Notes under the pieces: model-generated
Told to the model about the DNA's origin: nothing
Seen by the model: only the letters and a program-made list of their open reading frames with translations
Database searches by the model: none
NCBI GenBank assembly: GCA_964639785.1
Contig: CAZXEE010000001.1
Location: 179,832-243,831, forward strand
Length of the DNA: 64,000 nt
Origin: an uncultured Gammaproteobacteria bacterium
GTDB lineage: Bacteria > Patescibacteriota > Patescibacteriia > Patescibacteriales > UBA12465
Reading direction: 5' to 3'
In this document: piece by piece, positions 29,346-38,664 of the stretch
Layout: each line of letters opens with the position of its first letter
How positions within the stretch are numbered: position 1 is the stretch's first letter
Translations under genes and position numbers: made by a program

Positions 29346-29954
29346 TTAAATAGTATTGCGATATTTGAAAGCGTTGCCCAGAGTCAATTCGTCGACATAT
29401 TCCAGGTTAGCTCCGGAGGGTAGGCCTCGAGCTAAGCGAGTGATCTTGATATGCGGGTCCTTGAACATCTTGGAAAGGTAGAGGGCTGTAGTTTCACCTT
29501 CCAAGTTAGGGCTGAGAGCCAGGATGATTTCCAGGCTATTTTGATTTTGGAGTAATTTCTTTATCTTCTCATCTAGTTTCTTGAGCGGCAGGTCGTCAGG
29601 GCGGACATTCTCGATAGTATTGATCAGTCCGCCAAGAACAAAGTATTTACCTTGATATTGCCGGGTGTTTTCTAGGCTAATCATGTCCTGCAGGCTGGCA
29701 ACTATACAGAGAGAGTTGTCGGTCCGGTTTCGATCGGAACATATCGAGCAAGGATCGCTTTGTGAGATGGCCAGGCATTCCGAGCAGACTCGAAGATCTT
29801 TTTTGAGATTATATAGATACTGGGCAAAAAGTTGGATCTTTTCCGGACTGGATTTTAGTAGGTGAAAGACATATCTTTCGGCCGTTTTAGGGCCGACGCT
29901 GGGTAATTGGGAGAATTGGTCGATGAGATTTTGGATAGCGGCCGGATATTTCAT
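29346..29954 (-). CDS. recR: Recombination protein RecR
   Basis: 202 aa. LPSVGPKTAERY (HhH), zinc finger CSEC...CSIC, Toprim region. Confidence 0.92.
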   Translation of the reverse strand: MKYPAAIQNLIDQFSQLPSVGPKTAERYVFHLLKSSPEKIQLFAQYLYNLKKDLRVCSECLAISQSDPCSICSDRNRTDNSLCIVASLQDMISLENTRQYQGKYFVLGGLINTIENVRPDDLPLKKLDEKIKKLLQNQNSLEIILALSPNLEGETTALYLSKMFKDPHIKITRLARGLPSGANLEYVDELTLGNAFKYRNTI

Positions 29955-29958
29955 ATAT

Positions 29959-29986
29959 TTGACAAAAGTTGGTAATCGTGTATAAT
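29959..29986 (+). promoter_or_regulatory. Sigma70-type promoter for the 122-aa gene
   Basis: TTGACA (29959-29964), 16-nt spacer, TATAAT (29981-29986). Confidence 0.5.
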
Positions 29987-30047
29987 ATTAATCTCTTCTA
30001 TTGTACTTTAAACCCAAAAAAAAGTCTAACCTAAAAATTTCTAAAGC

Positions 30048-30416
30048 ATGACAGGAACTAGAAACGTACCGGATGGAATGAAAGGCAAAGAAATTTCCGC
30101 CTTTAATATCGTTTTCTTATTAAAGCTCGGCCATCACACGATTGAGGTGCCAGCTGATTATTGCGGCACTAGCCGAATGACGTATGTAAGAAAGAGGATT
30201 AAGCACGGAAAGTCGGTAACACGCCATTTCAACCACGACGACAAGGTCTGCCCCAAAAATTACAAGAACAAAGAAATCATTTTCCTCGGACCGAAACCTA
30301 AGCCCGGAGGAGTCATTACTTTTCCTGAGCTGTTTTCAGAGGCTCGTAAGTTTGTGACTGGAGAAAAATATCAGGTTGCCGGAGTGCGCTTACGTCACGC
30401 TTTGGGTAACCGGTAA
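30048..30416 (+). CDS. Hypothetical basic protein
   Basis: 122-aa ORF with promoter and terminator. No domain recognised. Confidence 0.45.
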   Translation: MTGTRNVPDGMKGKEISAFNIVFLLKLGHHTIEVPADYCGTSRMTYVRKRIKHGKSVTRHFNHDDKVCPKNYKNKEIIFLGPKPKPGGVITFPELFSEARKFVTGEKYQVAGVRLRHALGNR

Positions 30417-30440
30417 GTAGGTTAATTAACAAAAACAAAA

Positions 30441-30466
30441 ACCCGCTATGAAAGCGGGTTTTTTCT
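30441..30466. terminator. Bidirectional terminator (122-aa gene / ybaB)
   Basis: ACCCGC-TATGAAA-GCGGGT followed by a T-run. Confidence 0.65.
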
Positions 30467-30477
30467 TTTTAATATAT

Positions 30478-30756
30478 TTAGTTCAAGCCTGGAAATCCGC
30501 CCATCTCCTGCATTTTCTTAGCCATCAGTTTCTGGGTCTGTTTGATAGCGTCATTGACAGCATCTTTGATAGCGACAGCTAAGGCCTCTTTGTTATCGGT
30601 TTCAGCGTTGATCTTGACGCCGTTGATCTGCATGTTGCCATCCATAGTGATGACGATGCCGTTTTTTTCAGTGGTAACTGTCTCAGTAGCTAGAGCGCTC
30701 TGCATCTTCTTGGCTTGGTCGCGTAAGTCTTTCAATTGTTTTAATTTGTTAAACAT
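30478..30756 (-). CDS. ybaB: Nucleoid-associated protein YbaB/EbfC
   Basis: 92 aa. MFNKLKQLKDLRDQAKKMQ ... typical YbaB layout, located next to recR as in many bacteria. Confidence 0.85.
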   Translation of the reverse strand: MFNKLKQLKDLRDQAKKMQSALATETVTTEKNGIVITMDGNMQINGVKINAETDNKEALAVAIKDAVNDAIKQTQKLMAKKMQEMGGFPGLN

Positions 30757-30783
30757 AGTTTTTTGAGATTATTTTAATGATAA

Positions 30784-32211
30784 TTAAAAGCTGACTGGTT
30801 GGTCTTGATTAGTTTTGGCTAGGTTGCGGAAACTAGCGGTGTCGTCTGAGAAATAGAGGTCGATCTTTCCGGTCGGACCGTTACGATGCTTGGCGATATG
30901 GATTTCGGCCTTATGCCTTTCTTCAGTTGGCAGATCATCAACGTTATAGGCCCGATCAGCAGCCTTTCTATAGATGAACATAACGACATCGGCATCCTGT
31001 TCGATGGAACCGGAGTCACGCAAATGAGAAAGTTTTGGGATAGCTGGTCCGCCTTGTTGTTCGACGGCTCGAGAGAGCTGGGCTAAAGCCAGAACCGGAA
31101 TATCTAATTCACGAGCGATACCCTTTAATCCGCGGCTGATTTCAGATATTTCCTGGACTCGGTTGTCGCCATATTTGCCTCGGCCTTCCATCAACTGCAA
31201 GTAGTCGATAACTATCAAGCCTAAGCCTTTTTCCATTTGCAATCTTCGGGCCTTGGCTCTGATTTCCATGACGGAAACGTTGGCGGTATCATCGATATAG
31301 ATCGGAGCTTCATACATCTGGCTCATAGCTTCATTGATCTTCGGGAAGTCGTTATCGGCTAAGTTACCGGTACGCATTTTCCAGAGATTGATATCAGCTT
31401 GAGCGCAAAGCATTCTGTCGACTAATTGTTCCTTGCTCATTTCCAAAGAAAAAACTCCCACACCTTCTTTGTTGATAATGGCGGCTTGACGAGCAATGTC
31501 TAGGGCAAATGAAGTTTTACCCACACTAGGACGGGCTGCAAGAATGACTAAATCGGATCTTTGGAGGCCGGCTAACAGGGAGTCCAAGTCATGGAATCCG
31601 GTTGATAGTCCGCGCATCTTGCCGCCTTTCTTGTGTAATTCATCGATTCTTTCAAAAGCTTGGCCGAGCAGGTCGTCGATAGCGGTGAAGGAATTTTTTA
31701 GGTATTTATGGGAGACGGCGAAGATTTTTCTTTCAGCTGAATCCAATATATCTTCAATCTCTTTTTCTTCTTGGAAGCTCAAGTCCATTATATCGGAAGA
31801 AGCGGCTTGCAAACGGCGCAGGGTCGCTTTGCGCTGGATAATCTGGCCGTAGTGGTTGATATTAGCTGAGGTAGCTGAGACATTGGAAAGCTGGGCGAGA
31901 TAGACGCTGCCGCCGGCTTCTTTGAGTTTGCCTTTCTCTTGCAAGCGGTTCTTGACTGAGACGATGTCGATCGGTTCTCGGGCTTCGAATAATTCCTTGA
32001 TAGTCTCATAGATCAACTGATGGCTTTCTTTGTAGAAATCTTTTTCCATGACGCTGTCGGCCACCTTAATCATGGCGTCCTTGTCGATGAGCAAGCAGCT
32101 GAGGAAATATTGTTCCGCTTCGATGTTCTGAGGCGGAATCTTCTCGATGATTTCTTGAGGTCTCTTGTTTTCCATATCCTCCATCTTATCCGATATCAGG
32201 GTAATTTTCAA
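30784..32211 (-). CDS. dnaB: Replicative DNA helicase DnaB
   Basis: 475 aa. PPQNIEAEQYFLSCLL, Walker A ARPSVGKTSFAL, IVIDYLQLM, SRGLKGIARELDIPVLALAQLSR. Confidence 0.93.
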   Translation of the reverse strand: MKITLISDKMEDMENKRPQEIIEKIPPQNIEAEQYFLSCLLIDKDAMIKVADSVMEKDFYKESHQLIYETIKELFEAREPIDIVSVKNRLQEKGKLKEAGGSVYLAQLSNVSATSANINHYGQIIQRKATLRRLQAASSDIMDLSFQEEKEIEDILDSAERKIFAVSHKYLKNSFTAIDDLLGQAFERIDELHKKGGKMRGLSTGFHDLDSLLAGLQRSDLVILAARPSVGKTSFALDIARQAAIINKEGVGVFSLEMSKEQLVDRMLCAQADINLWKMRTGNLADNDFPKINEAMSQMYEAPIYIDDTANVSVMEIRAKARRLQMEKGLGLIVIDYLQLMEGRGKYGDNRVQEISEISRGLKGIARELDIPVLALAQLSRAVEQQGGPAIPKLSHLRDSGSIEQDADVVMFIYRKAADRAYNVDDLPTEERHKAEIHIAKHRNGPTGKIDLYFSDDTASFRNLAKTNQDQPVSF

Positions 32212-32330
32212 GCGTCATTTTCCCCCTCTTTTCAACCCATTATACACACTATTGCCAAATTTTTATTGTTCTGGTATTATAATTTTAAGAAATAAAATTT
32301 CTATTTTTTTATTGGAAAATTTTACATAAT

Positions 32331-32403
32331 GCGCTGTTAGCTCAGCCGGTAGAGCAGCTCCCTTTTAAGGAGAAGGTCGAAGGTTCGAATCCTTCACGGC
32401 GCA
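32331..32403 (+). tRNA. tRNA-Lys (anticodon UUU)
   Basis: Hand-folded cloverleaf: acceptor GCGCTGT/ACGGCGC, anticodon loop CTTTTAA, T-arm GAAGG-TTCGAAT-CCTTC. CCA not encoded. Confidence 0.9.
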
Positions 32404-32439
32404 CATTAAAAAACAGTCTTATCCAAGGCTGTTTTTTGT

Positions 32440-32468
32440 TTGACAAAAGCCCATTTTTATCTTATACT
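32440..32468 (+). promoter_or_regulatory. Sigma70-type promoter upstream of glmS
   Basis: TTGACA (32440-32445), 17-nt spacer, TATACT (32463-32468). Confidence 0.5.
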
Positions 32469-32515
32469 TCAAGGAATTTCTAGTTCATTTACAAACAATT
32501 TAAAACCTCATAATT

Positions 32516-34348
32516 ATGTGCGGAATAATGTGTTATTGCGGCGGGAAACCCGCCTTGCCTTTATTGTTAACCGGTTTGAGCCGATTGGAATATCGCGGTT
32601 ATGACAGTAGCGGCTTAGTACTTCTGGAATCCGAAAAATTCGTCGTTTATAAAGCGGCAGGAAAACTCGGAAACCTGAAAGCTAAGCTGGAAAATTGTAA
32701 TTCTTCTTCTCGTTTTGGTTTTGCTCACACCCGTTGGGCGACCCACGGCGGAGCGACTGAGACCAATGCCCACCCTCACGTTTCCTACAGCGGGAATCTG
32801 GTAGGTGTCCATAATGGGACGATTGAGAATTACTTGACCCTCAAAAAGAAGCTGGAGAATTCCGGCTTTAACTTCTACAGCCAGACCGATACCGAGGTTC
32901 TGCTTAACTTCATCGAATTCATCCAGAACGAAAAACATCTATCCTTGGTTAATGCTCTGCAGATTGCTTTGTCGGAGGTGGTTGGAACTTGTGTCCTGAT
33001 CATTTATTCCCAGAGCGAAGATTGCTTGGTGGCGATTAACAAGGGCGGCCAGTTATTCGGTGGCCTGGATGGATCGGAATGTTTCATTGCTTCCGACAAA
33101 GTGGCTTTTGCCGGCTTCACGGAGGATTTCTTTGAAATCAAGAGCGACCAGTTATTGGTCTTGGCCAAAGATCAGGAACCGCAACTTCTGAATTCTGATT
33201 TAGGAGAGATGATTCCTTTGTTGGAGAAGATCAATATTGACATCCGTGAGCTTGATCTGGACGGTTTTGATAATTTCATGACTAAGGAAATCTTTTCCCA
33301 GCCCCAGATCGTACGTGACGGTTTGGCTGGCCGGGTTGATTTCCGGAAACGGGATTTCTGCTTCGGCGGCCTGTCGCATTATTGGCCGGAAATCAAGAGT
33401 GCCAAAAGTCTGACTATCGTGGCTTGCGGTACTTCCTGGCATGCCGGCCTCTTGGGTAAGTATTGGTTGGAAAAGCTAGCCAATCTTTCCGTCAAAGTAG
33501 AGTATGCCTCTGAGTTCCAGGCGGGAACTATCGGTCCGGGCGATCTGGTTTTGGGAATTTCCCAATCCGGAACTACGGCTGATACCCTCATTGCTTTAGA
33601 GGCGGCCAAGAAACGCGGCGCGATAATTTTTGGGATCTGTAATGTGGTCGGTTCGGCTATGTCTCGCCTAACTCACGCCGGTATCTATACCAGGGCAGGA
33701 GTAGAAAATGGCGTAGCTTCGACCAAGGCTTTCACTGCCCAGATCTTGGCTTTGTTGCTCCTGTCATTGAAATTGGCCAAGGACAAGAAGACTATCGCGG
33801 CAGCGGAGCTGAAGGAGATTATCAGCCAGCTGAAGATGATGCCCGAGCTTATGGAAAAAATCTTGGCGGAAGAGAAAAGGATTAAGGCTTTGATGTCGAT
33901 GTTCCAGAATTCCGCTAACTGTCTCTATATGGGGCGGGGATACAATTTTCCGGTAGCTCTTGAAGGAGCTCTGAAGCTGAAAGAAATTTCCTATATCCAT
34001 GCCGAAGGTATGCCGGCCGGAGAATCGAAACACGGGCCATTAGCCCTGATCGATGAACATATGCCGGTGGTGGTTGTAGCTACCAAGGGAGAGTTCTATG
34101 GCAAGACCATTAATAACCTGGCGGAGATCAAATCTCGGCAGGCTAAGGTAATCGTTCTGGTCAATGAAGATGATAGTCAGGCAGTGAAACTGGCTGATGA
34201 GGTCATCGTCGTGCCGACCGTCAATGATGTCCTTTCGCCTTTCTTGAACGTTATCCCGCTTCAGCTTCTGGCTTGTCAGGTAGCTTTGGCCCGAGGTTGC
34301 GATGTGGATCGTCCGCGTAATCTGGCTAAGTCAGTGACGGTGGAATAA
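32516..34348 (+). CDS. glmS: Glutamine--fructose-6-phosphate aminotransferase
   Basis: 610 aa. N-terminal MCGI (Cys2 nucleophile), two SIS domains, C-terminal LAKSVTVE. Confidence 0.95.
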   Translation: MCGIMCYCGGKPALPLLLTGLSRLEYRGYDSSGLVLLESEKFVVYKAAGKLGNLKAKLENCNSSSRFGFAHTRWATHGGATETNAHPHVSYSGNLVGVHNGTIENYLTLKKKLENSGFNFYSQTDTEVLLNFIEFIQNEKHLSLVNALQIALSEVVGTCVLIIYSQSEDCLVAINKGGQLFGGLDGSECFIASDKVAFAGFTEDFFEIKSDQLLVLAKDQEPQLLNSDLGEMIPLLEKINIDIRELDLDGFDNFMTKEIFSQPQIVRDGLAGRVDFRKRDFCFGGLSHYWPEIKSAKSLTIVACGTSWHAGLLGKYWLEKLANLSVKVEYASEFQAGTIGPGDLVLGISQSGTTADTLIALEAAKKRGAIIFGICNVVGSAMSRLTHAGIYTRAGVENGVASTKAFTAQILALLLLSLKLAKDKKTIAAAELKEIISQLKMMPELMEKILAEEKRIKALMSMFQNSANCLYMGRGYNFPVALEGALKLKEISYIHAEGMPAGESKHGPLALIDEHMPVVVVATKGEFYGKTINNLAEIKSRQAKVIVLVNEDDSQAVKLADEVIVVPTVNDVLSPFLNVIPLQLLACQVALARGCDVDRPRNLAKSVTVE

Positions 34349-34368
34349 TCGAAGAATCGCATAAAACA

Positions 34369-34400
34369 AAGCCGTTCTCATTGAAGAACGGCTTTTTATT
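34369..34400 (+). terminator. Rho-independent terminator after glmS
   Basis: AAGCCGTTCT-N6-AGAACGGCTT followed by TTTATTTT. Confidence 0.65.
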
Positions 34401-34451
34401 TTATCCCCTAGACAAAAGTCTCCGGATAATTTATTATGAGAAAGTGCTTTG

Positions 34452-34524
34452 GCCGTCTTAGCTCAGCTGGTAGAGCAGCTGTCTTGTAAACAGCAGGTCG
34501 TCGGTTCGAACCCGACAGACGGCT
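34452..34524 (+). tRNA. tRNA-Thr (anticodon UGU)
   Basis: Acceptor GCCGTCT/AGACGGC, anticodon arm GCTGT-CTTGTAA-ACAGC, T-arm GTCGG-TTCGAAC-CCGAC. CCA not encoded. Confidence 0.9.
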
Positions 34525-34539
34525 CATAAGAACAGAAAA

Positions 34540-34565
34540 ATCATTGCTTAGCAATGATTTTTTGT
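34540..34565 (+). terminator. Terminator after tRNA-Thr
   Basis: ATCATTGC-TTA-GCAATGAT followed by a T-run. Confidence 0.6.
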
Positions 34566-34604
34566 TATTGTTTCCGCTTTTATTTTATGATAAAGTCTGC
34601 ATAT

Positions 34605-35852
34605 ATGAAAAATATCAGTTTCAAAATCTACACTTTAGGCTGCAAGGTTAATCAATATGATTCTGGCTGCTTGGAACGGCTATTGCTCCAGGCTGGTTTT
34701 AGCTCGGTTGAGAGCCGGGCTGATCTGGCTATTATCAACACTTGCGCTGTTACCAAGACTGCTATCTTGAAGGATAAGCGGATGGTCAATCTGGCTCGGA
34801 AAGAAAATCCGGGAGCTAAGATTGTAGTGATGGGCTGTTGGCCGAAAGCTTATGAAATCGATGAAGCGGTGGAACTTGTCGGCAAGGGTAAGAAGGTTGA
34901 AGAGACGGCCAAGCTGATTATCAAGATGTGCCAGCCGGAGAAGAAGAGCAGCAGCTTTGATCATGCTGGTTCTTTGGTCTTGTCTCATCAGGAACGTTCC
35001 CGCTATTTCATCAAGATCCAGGATGGCTGCAATCAATTCTGTTCATATTGTATTATTCCATATACTCGAGGCAGGCTGCAGAGCCGGCCTCAGAGCCAGA
35101 TAATTTCTGAGGTTAAAGCAGCTGTAGCGGCTGGCTATCAAGAATTAGTCTTGTCCGGCATCCATTTAGGATTATATGGGCAAGAGAAACCTGGCTCCAA
35201 GATTAATCTGACCGGACTATTGAAAAAGCTGGTTAAGATTAAGGGCTTGGGCCGCTTGCGTCTGAGTTCGATCGAGATTACGGAAGTCACCGACGAGCTG
35301 ATCGCTTTCATGGCCTCGGAACCGAAGATTTGCCGGCATCTGCATATTTCGCTTCAGTCTGGTTCCGACAAGATATTAAAAGCTATGAACCGCCCTTACA
35401 GTACTAGTTATTTCTCGAAGAGAGTCAAGAAATTACGTCAGGCTATGCCGGATATCGCTATCAGCACTGATATCATCGTCGGTTTTCCGGGAGAGACTGA
35501 AGCCGACTTCATCGATACTTATGATTTCTCTCAAGAAATCAACTTCAGCAAGATCCATGTCTTTTCTTTCTCGGCTCACGAGAAGACCCCGGCCGCCAAG
35601 ATGGACGGCAAGGTAAATGGCCAGGACATCAAAGACCGTTCCCGGAGGTTGAGAGAGCTCTCGTCTAGATTAGAATCAGATTACAAAAAAAAGATTTTGC
35701 ATGGCCTTAAAGGAGAAGAGATAGAAGTGATAGTAGAGGGAGAGTATAAAGGAAAATTAAAAGGGAAGACGGAATTCTATTTTGATATTTATTTTGCCGA
35801 CAAGCGGCGGCCCGAATCATTGGTCGGGAAGATTGTGAAGGTTGAATTGTAA
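34605..35852 (+). CDS. mtaB: MiaB-like radical-SAM methylthiotransferase (MtaB-type)
   Basis: FKIYTLGCKVNQYDS, CNQFCSYCIIPYTRGR. ATG 34605 chosen because the track start 34554 lies inside the tRNA terminator. Confidence 0.8.
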   Translation: MKNISFKIYTLGCKVNQYDSGCLERLLLQAGFSSVESRADLAIINTCAVTKTAILKDKRMVNLARKENPGAKIVVMGCWPKAYEIDEAVELVGKGKKVEETAKLIIKMCQPEKKSSSFDHAGSLVLSHQERSRYFIKIQDGCNQFCSYCIIPYTRGRLQSRPQSQIISEVKAAVAAGYQELVLSGIHLGLYGQEKPGSKINLTGLLKKLVKIKGLGRLRLSSIEITEVTDELIAFMASEPKICRHLHISLQSGSDKILKAMNRPYSTSYFSKRVKKLRQAMPDIAISTDIIVGFPGETEADFIDTYDFSQEINFSKIHVFSFSAHEKTPAAKMDGKVNGQDIKDRSRRLRELSSRLESDYKKKILHGLKGEEIEVIVEGEYKGKLKGKTEFYFDIYFADKRRPESLVGKIVKVEL

Positions 35853-35860
35853 AATAAAAA

Positions 35861-35885
35861 AGCTCCAGTTATCTGGAGCTTTTTG
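35861..35885. terminator. Bidirectional terminator (mtaB / T9SS-CTD gene)
   Basis: AGCTCCAG-TTAT-CTGGAGCT with A/T runs. Near-identical copy at 38633-38652. Confidence 0.7.
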
Positions 35886-35904
35886 TTTTTGTTAGGTTTA
35901 AAGC

Positions 35905-38493
35905 TTATTTCTTGATGATCTTGAATATCCAGGTTTCATTCCGGCTATCCGTGATCTTTATGGTGTATACGCCCGATCTGAGATCGGACATATTCAGAGC
36001 TTTCAAGTTGGGGGTTTGTGGTAAGATGGTTTGTCCGTAGATGTCGGTAAAGCTTACACTAACGAGATCTTGTTCGGTCTCGATGTATAAGATGTCGCTA
36101 ACCGGATTAGGATAGAGCCTGAAATCTTTTTCAGAACCGCATCCCTTGGCGGTGATAGGCGGAAAATATTCGAATTTTCCGTCAAAGTCGGTTTGTTTCA
36201 AACGATAGTAGACGGTCTTGTCCGTTTCGTCTGTCAGATAATAGGTGATAGGTTGGCTGCTGTTGCCGCTGCCTTTTACCTTCTTCCAGAAATGCCAGTT
36301 CTTGGCATCATCGCTCTTTTCGATCGTGAAATAATCGTTGTTGGTTTCTGATGCCGTGGTCCAGGATAGGTTTATTGATCCATCATGGCATTCGCCTTTG
36401 AAGGCGGTTAATGTTATTGGCATGAGATTGATCCCGGTCTTAGCCGAGATGAAGAAATCACAGACGTCTCCGGCCCAGCCATCGATCATCAGGTAATAGG
36501 TATTGCCGACGGTCAGTCCGGTAGCGGTTATTATCCCGTCGGTCATGACTCCTGGATTCCAACAATTGGAATAGGAGGTGAAGGTCGAGCAATCCGAGGT
36601 GGCAAAAATTTGCATCTGGATTCCATCACCTTCCGTACAATTGCTAACAAAGATATTCAATGTAGCTGTTGTAGAGTCGGCCACGAATTTCAACCATGAA
36701 TTATTATCTATTGACCCGCAGAACAAACTTTCAAGATTTCCTGGAGTGTCAGCGTCATATGAGGCGCTAGTATTGCTGCAATATCCGTTTAAGTTAGATA
36801 TTAGCGTGGCAATATCGCAGGAATCAGCTGCTGGGTCATTAGTAACGCAAGATGGCGGAGGGGTCGGAGTGGTGATGCATAAGGTGAATCCGGCGGCAGT
36901 TCCAGTGATAGCTGTCGAGCCGTAGGAATAAACCCTGATGTAATAGGTACTCCCGATCGTTAATCCGCCCCATTTGGTGGCTGAAGGGTTGGCGTCATAG
37001 CAGCCGGCACTAGTCAGGCCAGCGCATGATCCAGAAAAGAACTGGGTGTAGAAGTCAGTGCTTCCTTCGGTTGATAAGGTGATTGCATGGCAGGTGTCAG
37101 CCGCTATGAATGAAAACCAGACATCATCGTCAGCAGTCCCTGAACAGGGAGAGACGGCGATATTGGAATTCGTAGCGTTTTCTATCGTGCCATTAGCGCA
37201 GTTTCCGACGGTAATTTGTGTCGCATCAGAACAATCATCATTGCTGGGAGGAAAGACTTCGGCGGCTTCTTTGACACAGATGCCAAAAGTGCCTTCGGCG
37301 TCTCCGCCATATTCCCAGAAACGGATATAGATAGTCGATCCGGGTGTTAATCCGAACTTATCTATCTTCGGCATGGCTCCATTGTCACTGTCGTCGTCAT
37401 CGCATTCAATGGCGGTTAAGCCGCTGCAGGTTCCGGAATATATTTCCATACCCGCATCAGTTATCCCGCCGGTTTGTCCGTCGATGATTACGTGTCCCGT
37501 GCTGGGAACGACGAAGGAAAACCAGACGTCCTTGTATGTACTGCCGGCGCAGGTCGGCAACGGAGTTGTTCCGCTGGCGGTGCATCCAGTGTTGTCATAC
37601 GTGGCATAGTTGCAAGCAGTATCAACCGTCAAGCTGATCGCTCCAGAGCATTCATCATTAGTGATGCAATCACTAGTCGTGAAATTGCTGCTGGTGGCGG
37701 TGCTGGAATTAGTATTATCGCAGCTAGTCTTGGCATAGACTGTAAAGTAATAGCTGCTGCCGCAGGTTAGTCCGATGGCTGTCGTTGAAGTGCTTGTGGT
37801 GTTTCCAGAGGTGACTAGGGTCGCCCCGGAAGTGTACAAGCTCCAGTAATAAGTGACGGTGGCAGAACCGGCTGGCGTACCAGCTGACTATGACAGGTTA
37901 GCGGTCGTAGCCCCAGTTCCTGATCCGGATAAGGTGGTCGGTGTTCCAGGAGTCGTACAGACAATGTGAGATATGAATATATCATCCACGTCTTGATAGA
38001 ACATATTTACGGCCGAATAACAATTCCAGCCGAAGTAATATGTTCTGGTAGTTCCTGGAGTAAAGGTGGTCGTTCTTTGGACATATGACCCTGAAGTAGA
38101 GTGTGATCCCAAATCTTGTAATGTTGTACTTTGTCCAGCTATGGTTTGGGCTGTTCCTACGGTTACTTTTAATTGTTCATTATAAGTACTGCTGGTCTTT
38201 TCCCAGTAGGTGATATTGTAAAGGACCCCCGCCGTTAAGCTGACCCCCGGAGAGATTAGCCAAGCATTAGCTGCTTTAGCGGCATCGAATTTGTATTCTG
38301 CTGCTCCGGTTCCTCCATGGGCGGACCCAGAAGAAACCGTTGTCCAATCATTACCGCTCCCGCCTGCCTTGACGGCAACCCAGCCTGATGGCGGAACTCC
38401 GCTCTCAAAATCTTGCGAAAGCACTGTTTGCGCTTTAATACTGCTAACGATTGCTATTAATAGCAAGATTGTTAGCAACCCCTTCTTTTTCAT
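35905..38493 (-). pseudogene. Large secreted surface protein with T9SS-type C-terminal sorting domain, interrupted by one in-frame TAG (37888-37890)
   Basis: ORFs 37888-38493 (signal peptide + choice-of-anchor-J-like domain) and 35905-37839 are in the same frame, 16 sense codons apart. C-terminus is YPNPVSDILYIE...GVYTIKITD...KIIKK. Confidence 0.75.
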
Positions 38494-38632
38494 TTTTTTC
38501 CTTTCTTTTTGCGTTTTTATTGTTAATGTACTGGGGTTATATTAATATATATTTAATTTTTTATCAATTATAATAAATAGCCAATATTAGCTATTTTTAT
38601 ATAAAAGTTGCTCAAATAAAAAAGCTCCAGTT

Positions 38633-38657
38633 GTCTGGAGCTTTTTGATAACCAGGG
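38633..38657 (-). terminator. Terminator of the 846-aa T9SS-CTD gene
   Basis: AGCTCCAG-TTGT-CTGGAGCT. Differs by 1 nt (in the loop) from the hairpin at 35861-35880. Confidence 0.7.
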
Positions 38658-38664
38658 GATCTTC

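Noticed and set aside
32404-32515. glmS ribozyme upstream of glmS
   Set aside because: A TTGACA-17-TATACT promoter at 32440-32468 leaves only about 40 nt of leader. That is far too short for the ~170-nt ribozyme, and I saw none of its conserved core.
34554-34604. Upstream start of the mtaB-like ORF (MIFCYCFRFYFMIKSAY...)
   Set aside because: The extension overlaps the tRNA-Thr terminator hairpin and T-run and encodes implausible sequence. The conserved N-terminus (MKNISFKIYTLGCKVNQ) starts at 34605.
37888-37890. Amber codon as evidence for an alternative genetic code or programmed recoding
   Set aside because: TAG terminates ordinary genes here (mltG at 839-841, the GT-C gene at 7841-7843). 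TGA is also a stop (25157-25159, 44340-44342). Code 11 fits everything, so a point mutation or polymorphism is more economical.
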